From contig CAVYES010000007.1 of assembly GCA_963767735.1 (NCBI GenBank), positions 192,001 through 256,000 on the forward strand: a stretch of DNA of 64,000 nt, in the 5' to 3' direction. The stretch comes from Candidatus Bathyarchaeota archaeon (lineage in GTDB: Archaea > Thermoproteota > Bathyarchaeia > Bathyarchaeales > Bathycorpusculaceae). A model generated the notes under the pieces. The model searched no databases and was not told the DNA's origin. It was given only the letters and a program-made list of their open reading frames with translations. The position numbers were made by a program, and so were the translations under genes. This document shows positions 1 through 9,885 of the stretch, one piece after another; the stretch's first letter is position 1, and every line of letters begins with the position of its first letter.

Positions 1-209
1 TTCCCATGCTCTTCCGTAGTTTCGGCCACTTTTCGTTAATTCTGCATTAGTTACGAAGATATTGATATGATAAGTTAATTTACGAAAAACAAAAGAAGAA
101 AAAAAGGGAAAAAGATGCGCGGAGAATGGTGACATCACCACTGAAAATGAGTGCGAAATAATACCTTAATTTTTTATTTATTGATTAAACAATGCAAAAG
201 ATTGCAATC

Positions 210-470
210 TTACAGTTTCTTGTAAACGACGTCCTTTTCTTTCGCGGGCTGAACCAATTTTAATCCTATGCTTTGTCCGCCTTCAGCTCGTTGAAGAGAT
301 TTGCCCTCTGTTTGAATAGATTCTGCAATTTGCTCAAAATCAGTCGAAGGACCTTTTACTAGAATGTGATCTCCAACAGATAGGGGTAACATTAATTCAA
401 CAATTGCCACGCTAATTTTAGAAAAGAAATGTATAACATGCCCAACCTCGATTATGGCGTCTTCCACCAA
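210..470 (-). CDS. Small beta-barrel protein (translation elongation factor-like / U32 peptidase C-terminal-like)
   Basis: VGHVIHFFSKISVAIVEL...L.VGD.I...G..TDFEQ...SIQ...A..GQSIGLK pattern of the archaeal EF domain II-like small proteins; TTG start. Confidence 0.75.
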   Translation of the reverse strand: MVEDAIIEVGHVIHFFSKISVAIVELMLPLSVGDHILVKGPSTDFEQIAESIQTEGKSLQRAEGGQSIGLKLVQPAKEKDVVYKKL

Positions 471-668
471 AGTTTTTATCCTCTCTTTTAAATATAGCTG
501 GATGCCAATAAAAATCTTATGTATTATAAAATAAATAGAACTAAATAGCTAAAATTTTGGTCTTTGATACGTTTTCATGTGGGTTTATGTTAAAAATGGA
601 GTTAGTTTTTTTTAAGGGTAGAAAGGTGTTTTTTTGCTGAACGAGATAAAAAAAATCTGAGAATTATT

Positions 669-833
669 TTACCATCCTGAGGTGGCGTCTTCACCAGTTT
701 GCTCCAACGCCTTCTTTTCTTCGTCGCTGACATCTGGAGGTAAATTAACTTGATGATGACTTTCTTCTATTATTTCTCTTTTCTTCTTTCGCTCCCGAAT
801 AGTAAATTGACCCCTTTTTTGTTTTTCAGCCAA
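669..833 (-). CDS. Unannotated 54-aa charged small protein (MAEKQKRGQFTIRERKKKREIIEESHHQVNLPPDVSDEEKKALEQTGEDATSGW)
   Basis: Read manually; strong SD GGAGGTGA (839-846) just upstream of TTG; below the ORF-track length cutoff. Confidence 0.65.
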   Translation of the reverse strand: MAEKQKRGQFTIRERKKKREIIEESHHQVNLPPDVSDEEKKALEQTGEDATSGW

Positions 834-984
834 AACTTTCACCTCCAAAAATCAGAAAATATTATCCTTTAAAGAATAACGGAAATTTAATGTATTAACA
901 TGCGTGGTTGTGTAATAACAGCAACAATTAAAATTATAGAATAAAGGTTTAGGGAGATTAAAAAAATTGGAGTTTTTCGATTGC

Positions 985-1437
985 TTATGGTTGGTCAATG
1001 GACAATTCTTTTACTCTTGTTTCAATGAATTCGGCAACCTTTTGTTCGCTAAACTCTTTTTCGTTTTTTTGTAGCTGCAACTGCTCTTTTACAATGTTTA
1101 GGAGGTTTTCGATATCTATGGGTTTGATCAGGTATGCGTCTGCATTCTTGTTTAAGGCTGATATAGCATTTTGCATCGAAGGGTAACCTGTCACCATTAT
1201 TTTGCGTGTCCTTGGAACCGTATCCTTAATGAGTTTTAGCAGTTCAACTCCTTCCATGTCAGGCAATCGAATATCTAACAGCGCAATGTTATAAGCTGAT
1301 TTCTGAGTTTTTTGAACAGCTTCTCTTCCGGTGGCTGCTGAATCGACAATGTATCCTTCGTCCTCAAGTATGGTCTTCATGGTGTTCCTTATGTTTTCGT
1401 CGTCATCGACAACGAGGATTTTGGCATGTTTATCCAA
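985..1437 (-). CDS. Response regulator (receiver domain plus short C-terminal helix)
   Basis: ILVVDDD, LLDIRLPD (phospho-Asp), VTG and KP motifs; GGAGGTGA SD lies inside the upstream kinase gene. Confidence 0.95.
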   Translation of the reverse strand: MDKHAKILVVDDDENIRNTMKTILEDEGYIVDSAATGREAVQKTQKSAYNIALLDIRLPDMEGVELLKLIKDTVPRTRKIMVTGYPSMQNAISALNKNADAYLIKPIDIENLLNIVKEQLQLQKNEKEFSEQKVAEFIETRVKELSIDQP

Positions 1438-4142
1438 ATTTTTTCACCTCCAATTTCAGGTTTTGGTTCAATTGGCAAAGTAACTATGAAAGTTGTTCCT
1501 TTGCCCTTAGCTGTTTTAACCGTTATTTTCCCCCCATGAGCCTCGACTATGCGTTTGCATATCGCTAAGCCGAAGCCCATACCTTGCGCTTTCGTAGTGG
1601 ACAGAGGGGAGAAAAGTTTGGGCATAATTTCATCACTAATGCCTGTGCCAGTGTCTGTGAAAGAGATTTCCAAGCCATCATTAACTTGTATACTGTCGAT
1701 AGTTAATTTGCCTCCGTTCGGCATTGCATCAAGGGCGTTCTTGATAAGATTTATGAAAACACGTTTTATTTTATCAAAATCTAGCATAAGATTTCGCGTA
1801 TCTTTAAGGCAATTTACAATTTTCACTTTTTCGGGAATCTGAGACATAGATAAAGAGTCATTGAGCAACACGCTTGGGGAACACTCCTTCAACTCTAAAT
1901 GGATTTCTCTTGAGTAATCCAAAAGGTCACTGACAATTTTGTTTGAATAATCCACGCATCTATCGATTGTATCAAGCATTTCTTTAGCCTGGACCTCTGA
2001 GATTTCTGCGCCTTTCTTTTTCAAATAATAAGCTGAGTTTTTGATTCCCGTTAATGGATTGCGTAGATCATGCCCAACCATGCCTGCCAATTCGCCTATA
2101 GCGGCCAGACGCTCGGTCTTAACGAGCTTTGCTTGCGCCTGTTTCAGCAGTTCAGTCCTTTTTTCAATGAGGTCTTCGAGTTTTTCGGAGTACTTAGAGA
2201 GTTCGCTTTGCATACATTTAATTTTTGTAATATCAACTGCAAGTTCCAAGACGGCAACTACATTGCCTTCCTGGTTTTTCATTGGGGTAGAGGTGATCTC
2301 AAGGTTCAGCGTTTCTCCATGACTTTCAACTGTGGTTTCACGTTTGTCAATGCTGGCGCCATCAAAAATTTTCTTGACTCCGCAGGCTGGGCAAATTGAG
2401 TGATTGCCATGAATTGTTTCGTAACAAGTTTTTCTTTCTATATCGCCAAACATTTGTTTCGAGTGTGGGTTAATCCAAGTTATCTTGTAGTCTTTGTCAA
2501 CTATCATAAGCCCTGCACTAATGTTTTGTGTCACTGCTTCAAACTTGTTTTTTTCCTCTTCGAGTTTTTCCTGCAACTGCTTCTTTTCCGTTATGTCAAC
2601 AGTGAGCTCTAAAGCGGCTGTGACCTTTCCCTCTGCGTCCTTAATCGGCGTAGCAATAAGCTCATACCAGCAAGGCAGACCCTTTTCATGCAGGGTTTTA
2701 TTGAAATATTCTCGGGAATCAAAAGATGCCCCAGCAAAAACCTTTTCAGGCCCACAACCGGGGCATATGGTCTCAAGCGTATTAAATGTTGAATAACATA
2801 TTTTGTTTGTAAGGTCGCCCCCGTTGTTTTTCAAAAAGCTGTTTGTCCAAAGTATGCGGTAATCCTTATCAAGTATTACCAGCCCAGCTCCGATGCTTTT
2901 GGTGATGTCTTCAAGCATGTCACGTTCCTGTTTGATGGAGGCTTCCATCTTCTTTTGTTCTGAAATATCCTTAACTATGGCTGCTATGCAATTTTTATCT
3001 TTCAATTTTACTGATGCTACTGAGAGGTCAATCGGAAACACTGTTCCATCCTTCCTCAGCGATGTTAAATCAAAGTGTCTCTTTGAAAATGCATTGTGCT
3101 TTAAGTCGTTCAGCAACGCTTCATAATTCTCACGTCCCCATGACGGAATGATTAGTTCAGACATTTTTCCGCCTACTGCCTCAGCTTCTGCGAAGCCGAA
3201 GATTTTCTCTGCAGCAGGATTCCAATATATGACTTTGTCGTCTTCATCAACTAAAATGATGGCATCCATGGCAGAGGAGCTGATGGCGCGGAATTTTTCT
3301 TCGCTTGCTCGTAGCCCATCTTCGAGTTGTTTGCGTTCGGTAATGTCTTTTACTACTCCGACCGCATTCCATTTACCGCGTAACTTTATCGGCGAAATCG
3401 ATAATTCGGCAGGGAATTCTGTGGCGTCCTTGCGTCGCCCCATTAATTCAACGTTTCCAAATGTGAAATAGCCTGATCCTGTTTCAGTAAACAACTTTAC
3501 GCTTGAGCTGATTCGTTCTCTTCCCTCTTTGCACAGCGTATTTGGAACAACTAGTTTGTGTATATCTTTGCCAATTGCCTCTTTACTTTTGTAGCCGAAT
3601 GTTTTTTCAGCAGCCGGATTCCAACATGTAACCCTGGCTTTTTCATTCACCAAGATCATTGCATCCTTTGATTGTTGGAAAAGCTTCTTGTATTTCATCT
3701 CAGATTCCTGACATTGTTCATCCATTTTTGCAATTTTTACCAGTAGTTGTCCCTGAATCTGCCTTTTTTCCGTTACATCTCGTAGAGTGATTAGGTCAGC
3801 TGGTTCCCCAAAGTAATCAATCGTATTACCTTTTGGCTCAAAAAATCGAGTTTCTCCGTTTACAAGAAATGGGATTTCGTAATTCTCGATTGTTTCGCCT
3901 TTAATTCTTTTCTGGAGTTGATTTATAACAAATATCTTCGTTTTTTCATCAATAATTTTCAGGTCTTCAATATGATTACCTATTAATTCCTCACTTTTTA
4001 TTCCAAGATGAATACATGCGGTTTCGTTGGCAGCCAGCACAATACCTTCTCGATTAAATACCAAAATTGAGTCTGAAACGAAGTTTAGAAGCTCTTGAAA
4101 GTTATCTTTATACGCGTTGCTTTTGCTTTTCTTCTGCATCAA
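1389..4142 (-). CDS. Multi-PAS sensor histidine kinase
   Basis: About five PAS/PAC repeats, H-box GHDLRNPL, N-box NLIKNALDAM, DTGTGI and GMGFGL G-boxes. Confidence 0.95.
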   Translation of the reverse strand: MMQKKSKSNAYKDNFQELLNFVSDSILVFNREGIVLAANETACIHLGIKSEELIGNHIEDLKIIDEKTKIFVINQLQKRIKGETIENYEIPFLVNGETRFFEPKGNTIDYFGEPADLITLRDVTEKRQIQGQLLVKIAKMDEQCQESEMKYKKLFQQSKDAMILVNEKARVTCWNPAAEKTFGYKSKEAIGKDIHKLVVPNTLCKEGRERISSSVKLFTETGSGYFTFGNVELMGRRKDATEFPAELSISPIKLRGKWNAVGVVKDITERKQLEDGLRASEEKFRAISSSAMDAIILVDEDDKVIYWNPAAEKIFGFAEAEAVGGKMSELIIPSWGRENYEALLNDLKHNAFSKRHFDLTSLRKDGTVFPIDLSVASVKLKDKNCIAAIVKDISEQKKMEASIKQERDMLEDITKSIGAGLVILDKDYRILWTNSFLKNNGGDLTNKICYSTFNTLETICPGCGPEKVFAGASFDSREYFNKTLHEKGLPCWYELIATPIKDAEGKVTAALELTVDITEKKQLQEKLEEEKNKFEAVTQNISAGLMIVDKDYKITWINPHSKQMFGDIERKTCYETIHGNHSICPACGVKKIFDGASIDKRETTVESHGETLNLEITSTPMKNQEGNVVAVLELAVDITKIKCMQSELSKYSEKLEDLIEKRTELLKQAQAKLVKTERLAAIGELAGMVGHDLRNPLTGIKNSAYYLKKKGAEISEVQAKEMLDTIDRCVDYSNKIVSDLLDYSREIHLELKECSPSVLLNDSLSMSQIPEKVKIVNCLKDTRNLMLDFDKIKRVFINLIKNALDAMPNGGKLTIDSIQVNDGLEISFTDTGTGISDEIMPKLFSPLSTTKAQGMGFGLAICKRIVEAHGGKITVKTAKGKGTTFIVTLPIEPKPEIGGEKIWINMPKSSLSMTTKT

Positions 4143-4581
4143 CCCAAACCTCTAATTTTACCATTTTCCCATCATCTTCATAATGTAGTCTCATGAGCTC
4201 GACATATTGATTAAACGTTAAATCGGGAACAAGCCAGCTTGGACCGCGCCACTCGTAAAAGCAATCGATTTTTTCGTGAAGCTTCTTCATCATAAGTATC
4301 TCCAAATGTTTTGCGGCTACGCCGAAAATGCGTTCAAGTGCACCCGAAAAATCATCGATCCTGTAAGGAATATCTTGCTTTGGAATGATGAATTCTTGTT
4401 CCAAATGAAAGTAAATTAACGTTTTTACGTTTTCTCCTAAAGTCGAAAACGCGCCATCTATAGCCTCCAGTAGAACAGCTTCAAATTTTTTATGCCCAGG
4501 AGCTTTATTACTCAATTGTTTATCCCAACGGTGCCCTTTTTCATTACAGACAGTTATGAACCTATTTTTTTCTCGGTTCAC
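4108..4581 (-). CDS. DUF3227/NitrOD5-like small archaeal signalling-associated protein
   Basis: EAIDGAFSTLGE...IYFHLE..F.I....IP....DF..ALERIFG.AA..LE motif; overlaps the kinase start. Confidence 0.65.
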   Translation of the reverse strand: MNREKNRFITVCNEKGHRWDKQLSNKAPGHKKFEAVLLEAIDGAFSTLGENVKTLIYFHLEQEFIIPKQDIPYRIDDFSGALERIFGVAAKHLEILMMKKLHEKIDCFYEWRGPSWLVPDLTFNQYVELMRLHYEDDGKMVKLEVWVDAEEKQKQRV

Positions 4582-4861
4582 TAATCCTAAAACGAAGGAA
4601 GGGAAGTAAAGGGTTATGAATTTCTAATTATTACCACTAATCAGCTCTGAGCCCTTGACTTGAATACTTTAACTGTTGGATTCGGCCCACTACATTAAAG
4701 ATAAGAACTTGTTCAAACCTCAGATAACCAGCATTATTAATGAAGCAGTATTGAGTTGGTCTCCTTGATTCGCTTTTGGCCTGCGTTTTCCGTGAATGTT
4801 AAGGTTTTTATTATGGCTTGGCTTGTTTCATTTAGCTCCTCTAAAAAGCATATATCCACGT

Positions 4862-4937
4862 GGGGCCGTCGTCTAGCTTGGATTAGGATACATGCCTGGG
4901 GCGCATGCGATCCTGGGTTCAAATCCCAGCGGCCTCA
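4862..4937 (+). tRNA. tRNA-Pro (anticodon GGG), no intron, CCA not encoded
   Basis: Acceptor GGGGCCG/CGGCCTC, anticodon arm CATGC-CTGGGGC-GCATG, T-arm CTGGG-TTCAAAT-CCCAG; TATA-like TTTTTATTA upstream. Confidence 0.95.
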
Positions 4938-5151
4938 TTCAAGATTCTAAACCTAGCAACACAACCGCAGCAAATTTTAGGTTCATATCTTGCCGCAGAT
5001 AGATGCCTTGCTGCAAAGACTGCTGTTTTCGGTTGTCGTTCGATGGATGGATAACGACCGTCTTAAAGCGACTTTCGAGTTGGTTCTCAGAAAGGCGGCT
5101 TCTACGAAATATAACTTGCGCTTAGTGGAAATTGAACTTGAGGGTTCAATT

Positions 5152-5526
5152 TTATCGTTTTTTTCCTGCGGAAGAAGGCTGGATTGGGCTTGAAACTGGA
5201 AATCGGGTTAAAAACCGCTTGATCTCCTTAGAAGTTGTGAACCTTTTACATGGAAAACAGAGGCTAGTTTGAACTTTTCGCATGTTGAGAGAGCACGATT
5301 TTGACGTGATTTTGTAGGGTTTGAGTGGCTCCTGAAGTGGTGGTCGTTGTGGGAAGAAACCATACGTCGACGATTCATTTATGAGGTAAGGGCGGTTCGT
5401 TGCCGAACGGTTTCCGCCAGTTCTCTTGGTTTTCAGGCCGCTTTGGCATATTGTGAACAGGGACAGGTACGTTTTGGTTTCAGGGTACGGTTTGCACGCT
5501 CTACCGTGCTCGCGGCACCATAGCAT
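5152..5526 (-). CDS. Hypothetical basic, Cys-containing protein, possibly a degraded gene
   Basis: 124-aa ATG-started ORF between the tRNA and its partial copy; no family recognised. Confidence 0.3.
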   Translation of the reverse strand: MLWCREHGRACKPYPETKTYLSLFTICQSGLKTKRTGGNRSATNRPYLINESSTYGFFPQRPPLQEPLKPYKITSKSCSLNMRKVQTSLCFPCKRFTTSKEIKRFLTRFPVSSPIQPSSAGKKR

Positions 5527-5793
5527 CAGACTTATCGTAAGTTTTTTTATACGAAACTTAGGCAGCGAGCTTCTCTAAGTTGAGGCAATCTACAAAAGCG
5601 TCAATGAACCGTACCGGGTTTTGCTTGTCGACGTAATCATCAAGTATGTTTGGGAAGAGAACTGACTGATTTCTGTAATGGCCTGTTATGTGTTCGCTCA
5701 TGGCTTTTCAGCTCTTTCTGTTGCTCTAAAGCTAGTCTAGATTTAAGGTTAACGGAAAATAGCAAGCAAAGAAAGAGACTTTTCACTCAGTCT

Positions 5794-5822
5794 GATCTGG
5801 GTCTTAGACCCAGCGGGCCTCA
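5794..5822 (+). repeat. Degenerate copy of the tRNA-Pro 3' end (att-like remnant)
   Basis: GATCTGGGTCTTAGACCCAGCGGGCCTCA versus tRNA GATCCTGGGTTCAAATCCCAGCGGCCTCA. Confidence 0.55.
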
Positions 5823-6098
5823 CCACAAATTCACCAAATGACCTAAGAACCAGTTATCTGAAAGTACGTGCCTTGTATGGCAGCTTAATTTTTTGGATTA
5901 ATCTTCTAAAAAGCTAAAAATAAGGTCTTTGCAAGATTCTAGTTAATCAACCAATGCAGAATGATTTGTTTTTTTAAAATAAAAAAAGAGAATAAGTTTT
6001 ATGGGAGTCGTAAAATTAGGGAAGCATTTTGAGTATTTTGGGTTATTCGTTAGGATGATTGAAGCGAATGATGTTGAAGGATGGAGTCTGAGTTTGTG

Positions 6099-6197
6099 TT
6101 AAAGTTTTGTTTTGAGTTCCAACTTTATGCTGTACCCTATGAAGGCAAATGAACCGATTATTGTAGCTATTGAGGCTATATCAATTATTCCAAACAT
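6099..6197 (-). CDS. Unannotated 32-aa single-TM peptide (MFGIIDIASIATIIGSFAFIGYSIKLELKTKL)
   Basis: GGTGA SD, own TATA plus shared motif, ungapped homology to the peptide at 12459-12566. Confidence 0.75.
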   Translation of the reverse strand: MFGIIDIASIATIIGSFAFIGYSIKLELKTKL

Positions 6198-6240
6198 ATT
6201 TTCACCATTTTATTGTATACTTATGTACTTGCACAGCTAA

Positions 6241-6269
6241 ATATAAATACAGTTGTGATTTGTTCATAA
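6241..6269 (-). promoter_or_regulatory. Promoter with shared motif, site 1: TTATGAACAAATCACAA-N5-TTTATAT
   Basis: Motif 6253-6269, TATA 6241-6247; faces the 32-aa peptide. Confidence 0.75.
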
Positions 6270-6383
6270 TTATTCATAAACACTTGACAGCTGTCTAAAA
6301 TCCAACAGAAAATTTATATGCAATAACACCTTAATACTGTTAAGCTTAAACCTAAACAAGTAAAAAGAAAAAGAGGAAAAAAA

Positions 6384-6632
6384 TTGAAAGCCTATATACT
6401 CTTAAGCACTAAACCCGGCACGTCATTGGACGTCGTTAAAAAAATAAAAGAAAAAGTCACAGGGACCTGCATAGTATCTGCGGACGCAATCTTCGGCCGA
6501 TACGACGCAATAATAGTTCTAGAAGCCCCAGCACTTGAAGACATAAACCAAGTAGTTTACAAAATAATCGAAAAAGACCCCAGCGTGATCCGCACTGAAA
6601 CATCCATAGTTTTATCACCAATGCAACAATGA
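6384..6632 (+). CDS. Stand-alone Lrp/AsnC ligand-binding (RAM) domain protein
   Basis: KAYILL..KPG....V......ADAIFGRYDAI......RTETSIV; no HTH; T-tract after the stop. Confidence 0.85.
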   Translation: MKAYILLSTKPGTSLDVVKKIKEKVTGTCIVSADAIFGRYDAIIVLEAPALEDINQVVYKIIEKDPSVIRTETSIVLSPMQQ

Positions 6633-6736
6633 ACTCTTAGACAGAAACCAAAATTTCCCAAATCATTTTTTTTTTTTTAAAAATAAGATTTCAGGAAGAA
6701 AATAATACGGCTTATCCGAAATAAACTAATTCTATC

Positions 6737-7030
6737 TTAAATGGATGGAGATGTGGAGGGGGCGGTTTCTTCGGTGCATTTTGGTCCTTTGTGAGCTTTA
6801 AGTACAATGGAGCTTACGGTGCTTTTTACGCCTTTTATTTTCATGATCTTGTTCTTGAGGATATCTCGAAATTCTTCTATGTCGGCAGCTGAAACCAAAG
6901 TTACGATGTCAAATTCGCCTGTAACTTCGTATAATTCTTCAAGGTGTTCCAGTTGGGCAAGTGAGGTTAATACGGTATCCATTTCTGGAGATTCCACAAA
7001 TATATCGACGAATGCAAGGAGTCTTGGCAT
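6737..7030 (-). CDS. Stand-alone Lrp/AsnC ligand-binding (RAM) domain protein
   Basis: LYEVTGEFDIV...IMKIKGVKSTVSSIVL; no HTH; start placed at ATG of MPRLLAF by alignment to the 11591-11881 paralog. Confidence 0.85.
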   Translation of the reverse strand: MPRLLAFVDIFVESPEMDTVLTSLAQLEHLEELYEVTGEFDIVTLVSAADIEEFRDILKNKIMKIKGVKSTVSSIVLKAHKGPKCTEETAPSTSPSI

Positions 7031-7213
7031 ATGGGTCTTGCCATATTGAACATGAGTTTCCAATATTTATACTTTTTCTCGCATGCAGACAATTATTCCA
7101 TCCTTTACCTGACAAATGTGCGGCATCAAAGTTAAAAATTGGACATTTGAAAAAAAGAGCCATCGCTTGTGTTTTGGCATTCAGCAATCACGAGTTTACC
7201 AAGGGCTAAAACA

Positions 7214-7690
7214 TTAACTTGTGAAATTACCATAAACAGACGGATAATCTTTTATTAGCAACAGATTAAGCTGCAAAGGGTCCACATATGGACTGCCAAA
7301 AATCCAAAGCGTTCCCTGCTGATTCTGGTTCACCAGATTTGTTAACGAATCAACAGGAATTCCGGTTGCATTACTTATTCCAGGTATCTGCGCGTAAGCT
7401 TGCTGAAGTGTGATATCGGGGTCGACACCTGACGCTGATGGCGATACTGTCTCGTTCCTTGTCTGGAAGAACATAGGCGAAGTGAAGTTTTGAGCGATAA
7501 GAGCCGACCCTACGTTTTGCCCGTTGAGCTGGACTAATTCGCCGTTCGCTTGGTAGGGAAAGAAAACTTGGCCTATACCTGTGATTACTAATGGAAAAAG
7601 TATTCCGCAAATCAACAGCGAAACCAATGTCAACCCTATAATCGGTCTCAGGTTCTTCAGGACCCATTTTCGTTTTTGTTCAGTTGTCAT
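7214..7690 (-). CDS. kdpC: K+-transporting ATPase subunit C (short form)
   Basis: N-terminal TM, FPYQANG, GSALIAQNF, SASGVDPDIT, LNL motifs. Confidence 0.92.
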   Translation of the reverse strand: MTTEQKRKWVLKNLRPIIGLTLVSLLICGILFPLVITGIGQVFFPYQANGELVQLNGQNVGSALIAQNFTSPMFFQTRNETVSPSASGVDPDITLQQAYAQIPGISNATGIPVDSLTNLVNQNQQGTLWIFGSPYVDPLQLNLLLIKDYPSVYGNFTS

Positions 7691-7704
7691 ATTTTCTTTG
7701 CTTC

Positions 7705-9885
7705 CTAAATGTGAAGTACTCCACCAAGGAGCAGATCTATCAATTTAATTCCAACGAAGGGCACAATAACCCCGCCCACACCATAGATTAAGGTGTTCTT
7801 GAGGAAAAGAGCCATTGTGCTCGTGGGCTTGAAAGCGATTCCTCGCATGGCAAGCGGAATCAAAAGCGGAATGACGATAGCGTTGAATATGAGAGCCGAC
7901 ATGACAGCGCTTTGCAAGTTGTATAAATGTAAGATGTTTAGAGCGCTTAGCGATGGAATGGCTGTTGCCATGATAAAAGGCATGATTGCGAAGTACTTGG
8001 ACACATCGTTAGCTATGCTAAAAGCAGTAACCGCGCCTCGAGTCATAAGCAACTGTTTCCCAAGCATGACGACATCAATTATTTTTGCTGGATTCGATTC
8101 TAAGTCAACCATGTTCGCTGCCTCCTTAGCAGCTTCTGTGCCAGAGTTCATGGCGAGACCCACATCGGCAGCTGCAAGTGCTGGGGCATCATTACTTCCA
8201 TCGCCAATCATTGCCACAATTCTGCCTTCAGATTGCTCCCTCTTGGCGATGTTGTACTTGTCCTCGGGCTTTGCCTGCGCCACATATTCGTCCATTCCAA
8301 CCTCTGACGCAATACTTTTGGCAGTAAGCGGCTGGTCTCCAGTTATCATGACTGGGCGGATTCCCATGACTTTAAGAGCTGCAATTTTTTCTTTTATGCC
8401 TTCTTTCAGGACGTCTTTCAATCTGATTATTCCGATGATTTTGCGGTTTCTTGCGACGGCTATAGGTGTTTCGCCCTCCACAGATATTCCATCTACGATA
8501 AGGTCGTAGTTTGGAGGAACGGAATCTACAATTTTTTTGATCGATTCTGGAGCGCCTTTGTAGATTTCAATTTCAGCGTCAATTCTTGCTGCAACGCCCT
8601 CTTCAGGCACTATCGAGGATTTTCTTCTGATTCTCAGTCGGTCTCGTCCTGATTTGTCACCTTTCGGCAGCGTTAAGCCCATGTGAGTTATTTTCACTCC
8701 ACTAGTGCGGGTGCTGGCTGAGAACGGGTAAGTTTCTGAAAGCGCGAGAGAATTCAGTTCTTTCGGTAAGAAACCTTTCTCATATGCGAGCTTAAGTATG
8801 CTACGACCCTCTGGGGTATCATCATGCCAAGAAGAAAGGAAGGCTGCTTCACCTACTTCTTCTTCCGTAAACCCTTCCATTTCCACGAACTTTATTGCTT
8901 GCCTGTTTCCTACTGTAATGGTGCCTGTCTTGTCGAGCAGAACGACATCCGCATCGCCAGCTGTTTCTATCGCCTTGCCGGACTTTGCGATTATTTTGCT
9001 TTTGTACAGTCTGGACATTCCAGAAAGCCCGATTGCGGGAAGAAGAGCACCTATGGTTGTTGGGAGGAGGCAAACGTAAAGTGCTATTAGCACGGAGAGG
9101 TCAGCGCCTAAACCCAAAGCGACCGATATGCCTAGCAAAGTAAGTATTATAATGGTGAAGATAGCGGTTAATCCAATCAGCACGATGGTTACCGCAACTT
9201 CGTTAGGCGTCTTTGGTCTCTTAGAAGATTCAACCATCTTTATCATTTGATCAATGAAGGTCTCGCCAGGATTCGTCGTAACCTTCGCGGTCAAAGAATC
9301 GCTGACGAGTCGTGAGCCTCCAATAAGCGAGTCTCCAGGCGCCTTCCGAACCGAAGCGGATTCACCCGTAACAAGCGACTCGTCAACCATGGCGATTCCT
9401 TCCAGTATATCAGCGTCTAAAGGAACGACGTCGCCTTTTTCAATCAGGATAAGATCATCTTTTCTTAGTTCAGTCGATTTTACATCGACTATCTTCCTCG
9501 TCCATTCTTCCGTTACGATTTTTTTAGCCGGCACCTCAGTTTCTAATTTTCGTAAAGCACCGGCTGTGCTTTTTGCCTGTTGCTCAGCAAGAGCATCAGA
9601 GAGGGTGCTGAACCAAACGGTAATGAGGAGAATTGCGGCGACTGCAATATAGAAGCCTCGCAGGCCGACGCTGGCTACTGACCCGAAAGCCTGTGGAGCG
9701 ATGGCCATTGCTGCAACAATAAAGAACGTGATTTCAACTATTAGCATCACTACGTTTTTGAGCAGTGATTTAGGGCTTAAACGGATTAACGAATCAATCA
9801 GCACTTTTTTAGAGAGCTTCATTCCTTCATAGGAAGGTTCGCTCCTCTTTGCCGGTGCTAAAGTTTTCGTTTCATCAGAAGCCAT
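7705..9885 (-). CDS. kdpB: K+-transporting P-type ATPase subunit B
   Basis: TGES, CLLPTTIG, DKTGT, TGD, GDGSNDAPALAAADVG, SIANDVSKYF motifs. Confidence 0.97.
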   Translation of the reverse strand: MASDETKTLAPAKRSEPSYEGMKLSKKVLIDSLIRLSPKSLLKNVVMLIVEITFFIVAAMAIAPQAFGSVASVGLRGFYIAVAAILLITVWFSTLSDALAEQQAKSTAGALRKLETEVPAKKIVTEEWTRKIVDVKSTELRKDDLILIEKGDVVPLDADILEGIAMVDESLVTGESASVRKAPGDSLIGGSRLVSDSLTAKVTTNPGETFIDQMIKMVESSKRPKTPNEVAVTIVLIGLTAIFTIIILTLLGISVALGLGADLSVLIALYVCLLPTTIGALLPAIGLSGMSRLYKSKIIAKSGKAIETAGDADVVLLDKTGTITVGNRQAIKFVEMEGFTEEEVGEAAFLSSWHDDTPEGRSILKLAYEKGFLPKELNSLALSETYPFSASTRTSGVKITHMGLTLPKGDKSGRDRLRIRRKSSIVPEEGVAARIDAEIEIYKGAPESIKKIVDSVPPNYDLIVDGISVEGETPIAVARNRKIIGIIRLKDVLKEGIKEKIAALKVMGIRPVMITGDQPLTAKSIASEVGMDEYVAQAKPEDKYNIAKREQSEGRIVAMIGDGSNDAPALAAADVGLAMNSGTEAAKEAANMVDLESNPAKIIDVVMLGKQLLMTRGAVTAFSIANDVSKYFAIMPFIMATAIPSLSALNILHLYNLQSAVMSALIFNAIVIPLLIPLAMRGIAFKPTSTMALFLKNTLIYGVGGVIVPFVGIKLIDLLLGGVLHI

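Noticed and set aside
4737-4950. ORFs on both strands over the tRNA; the minus one vaguely suggests a tRNA-overlapping integrase N-terminus
   Set aside because: Explained by tRNA-Pro; only 61 aa and no tyrosine-recombinase catalytic motifs
7793-8509. 238-aa ORF antisense to kdpB, and many similar antisense ORFs across the window
   Set aside because: Shadow frames of well-supported genes with no independent motifs
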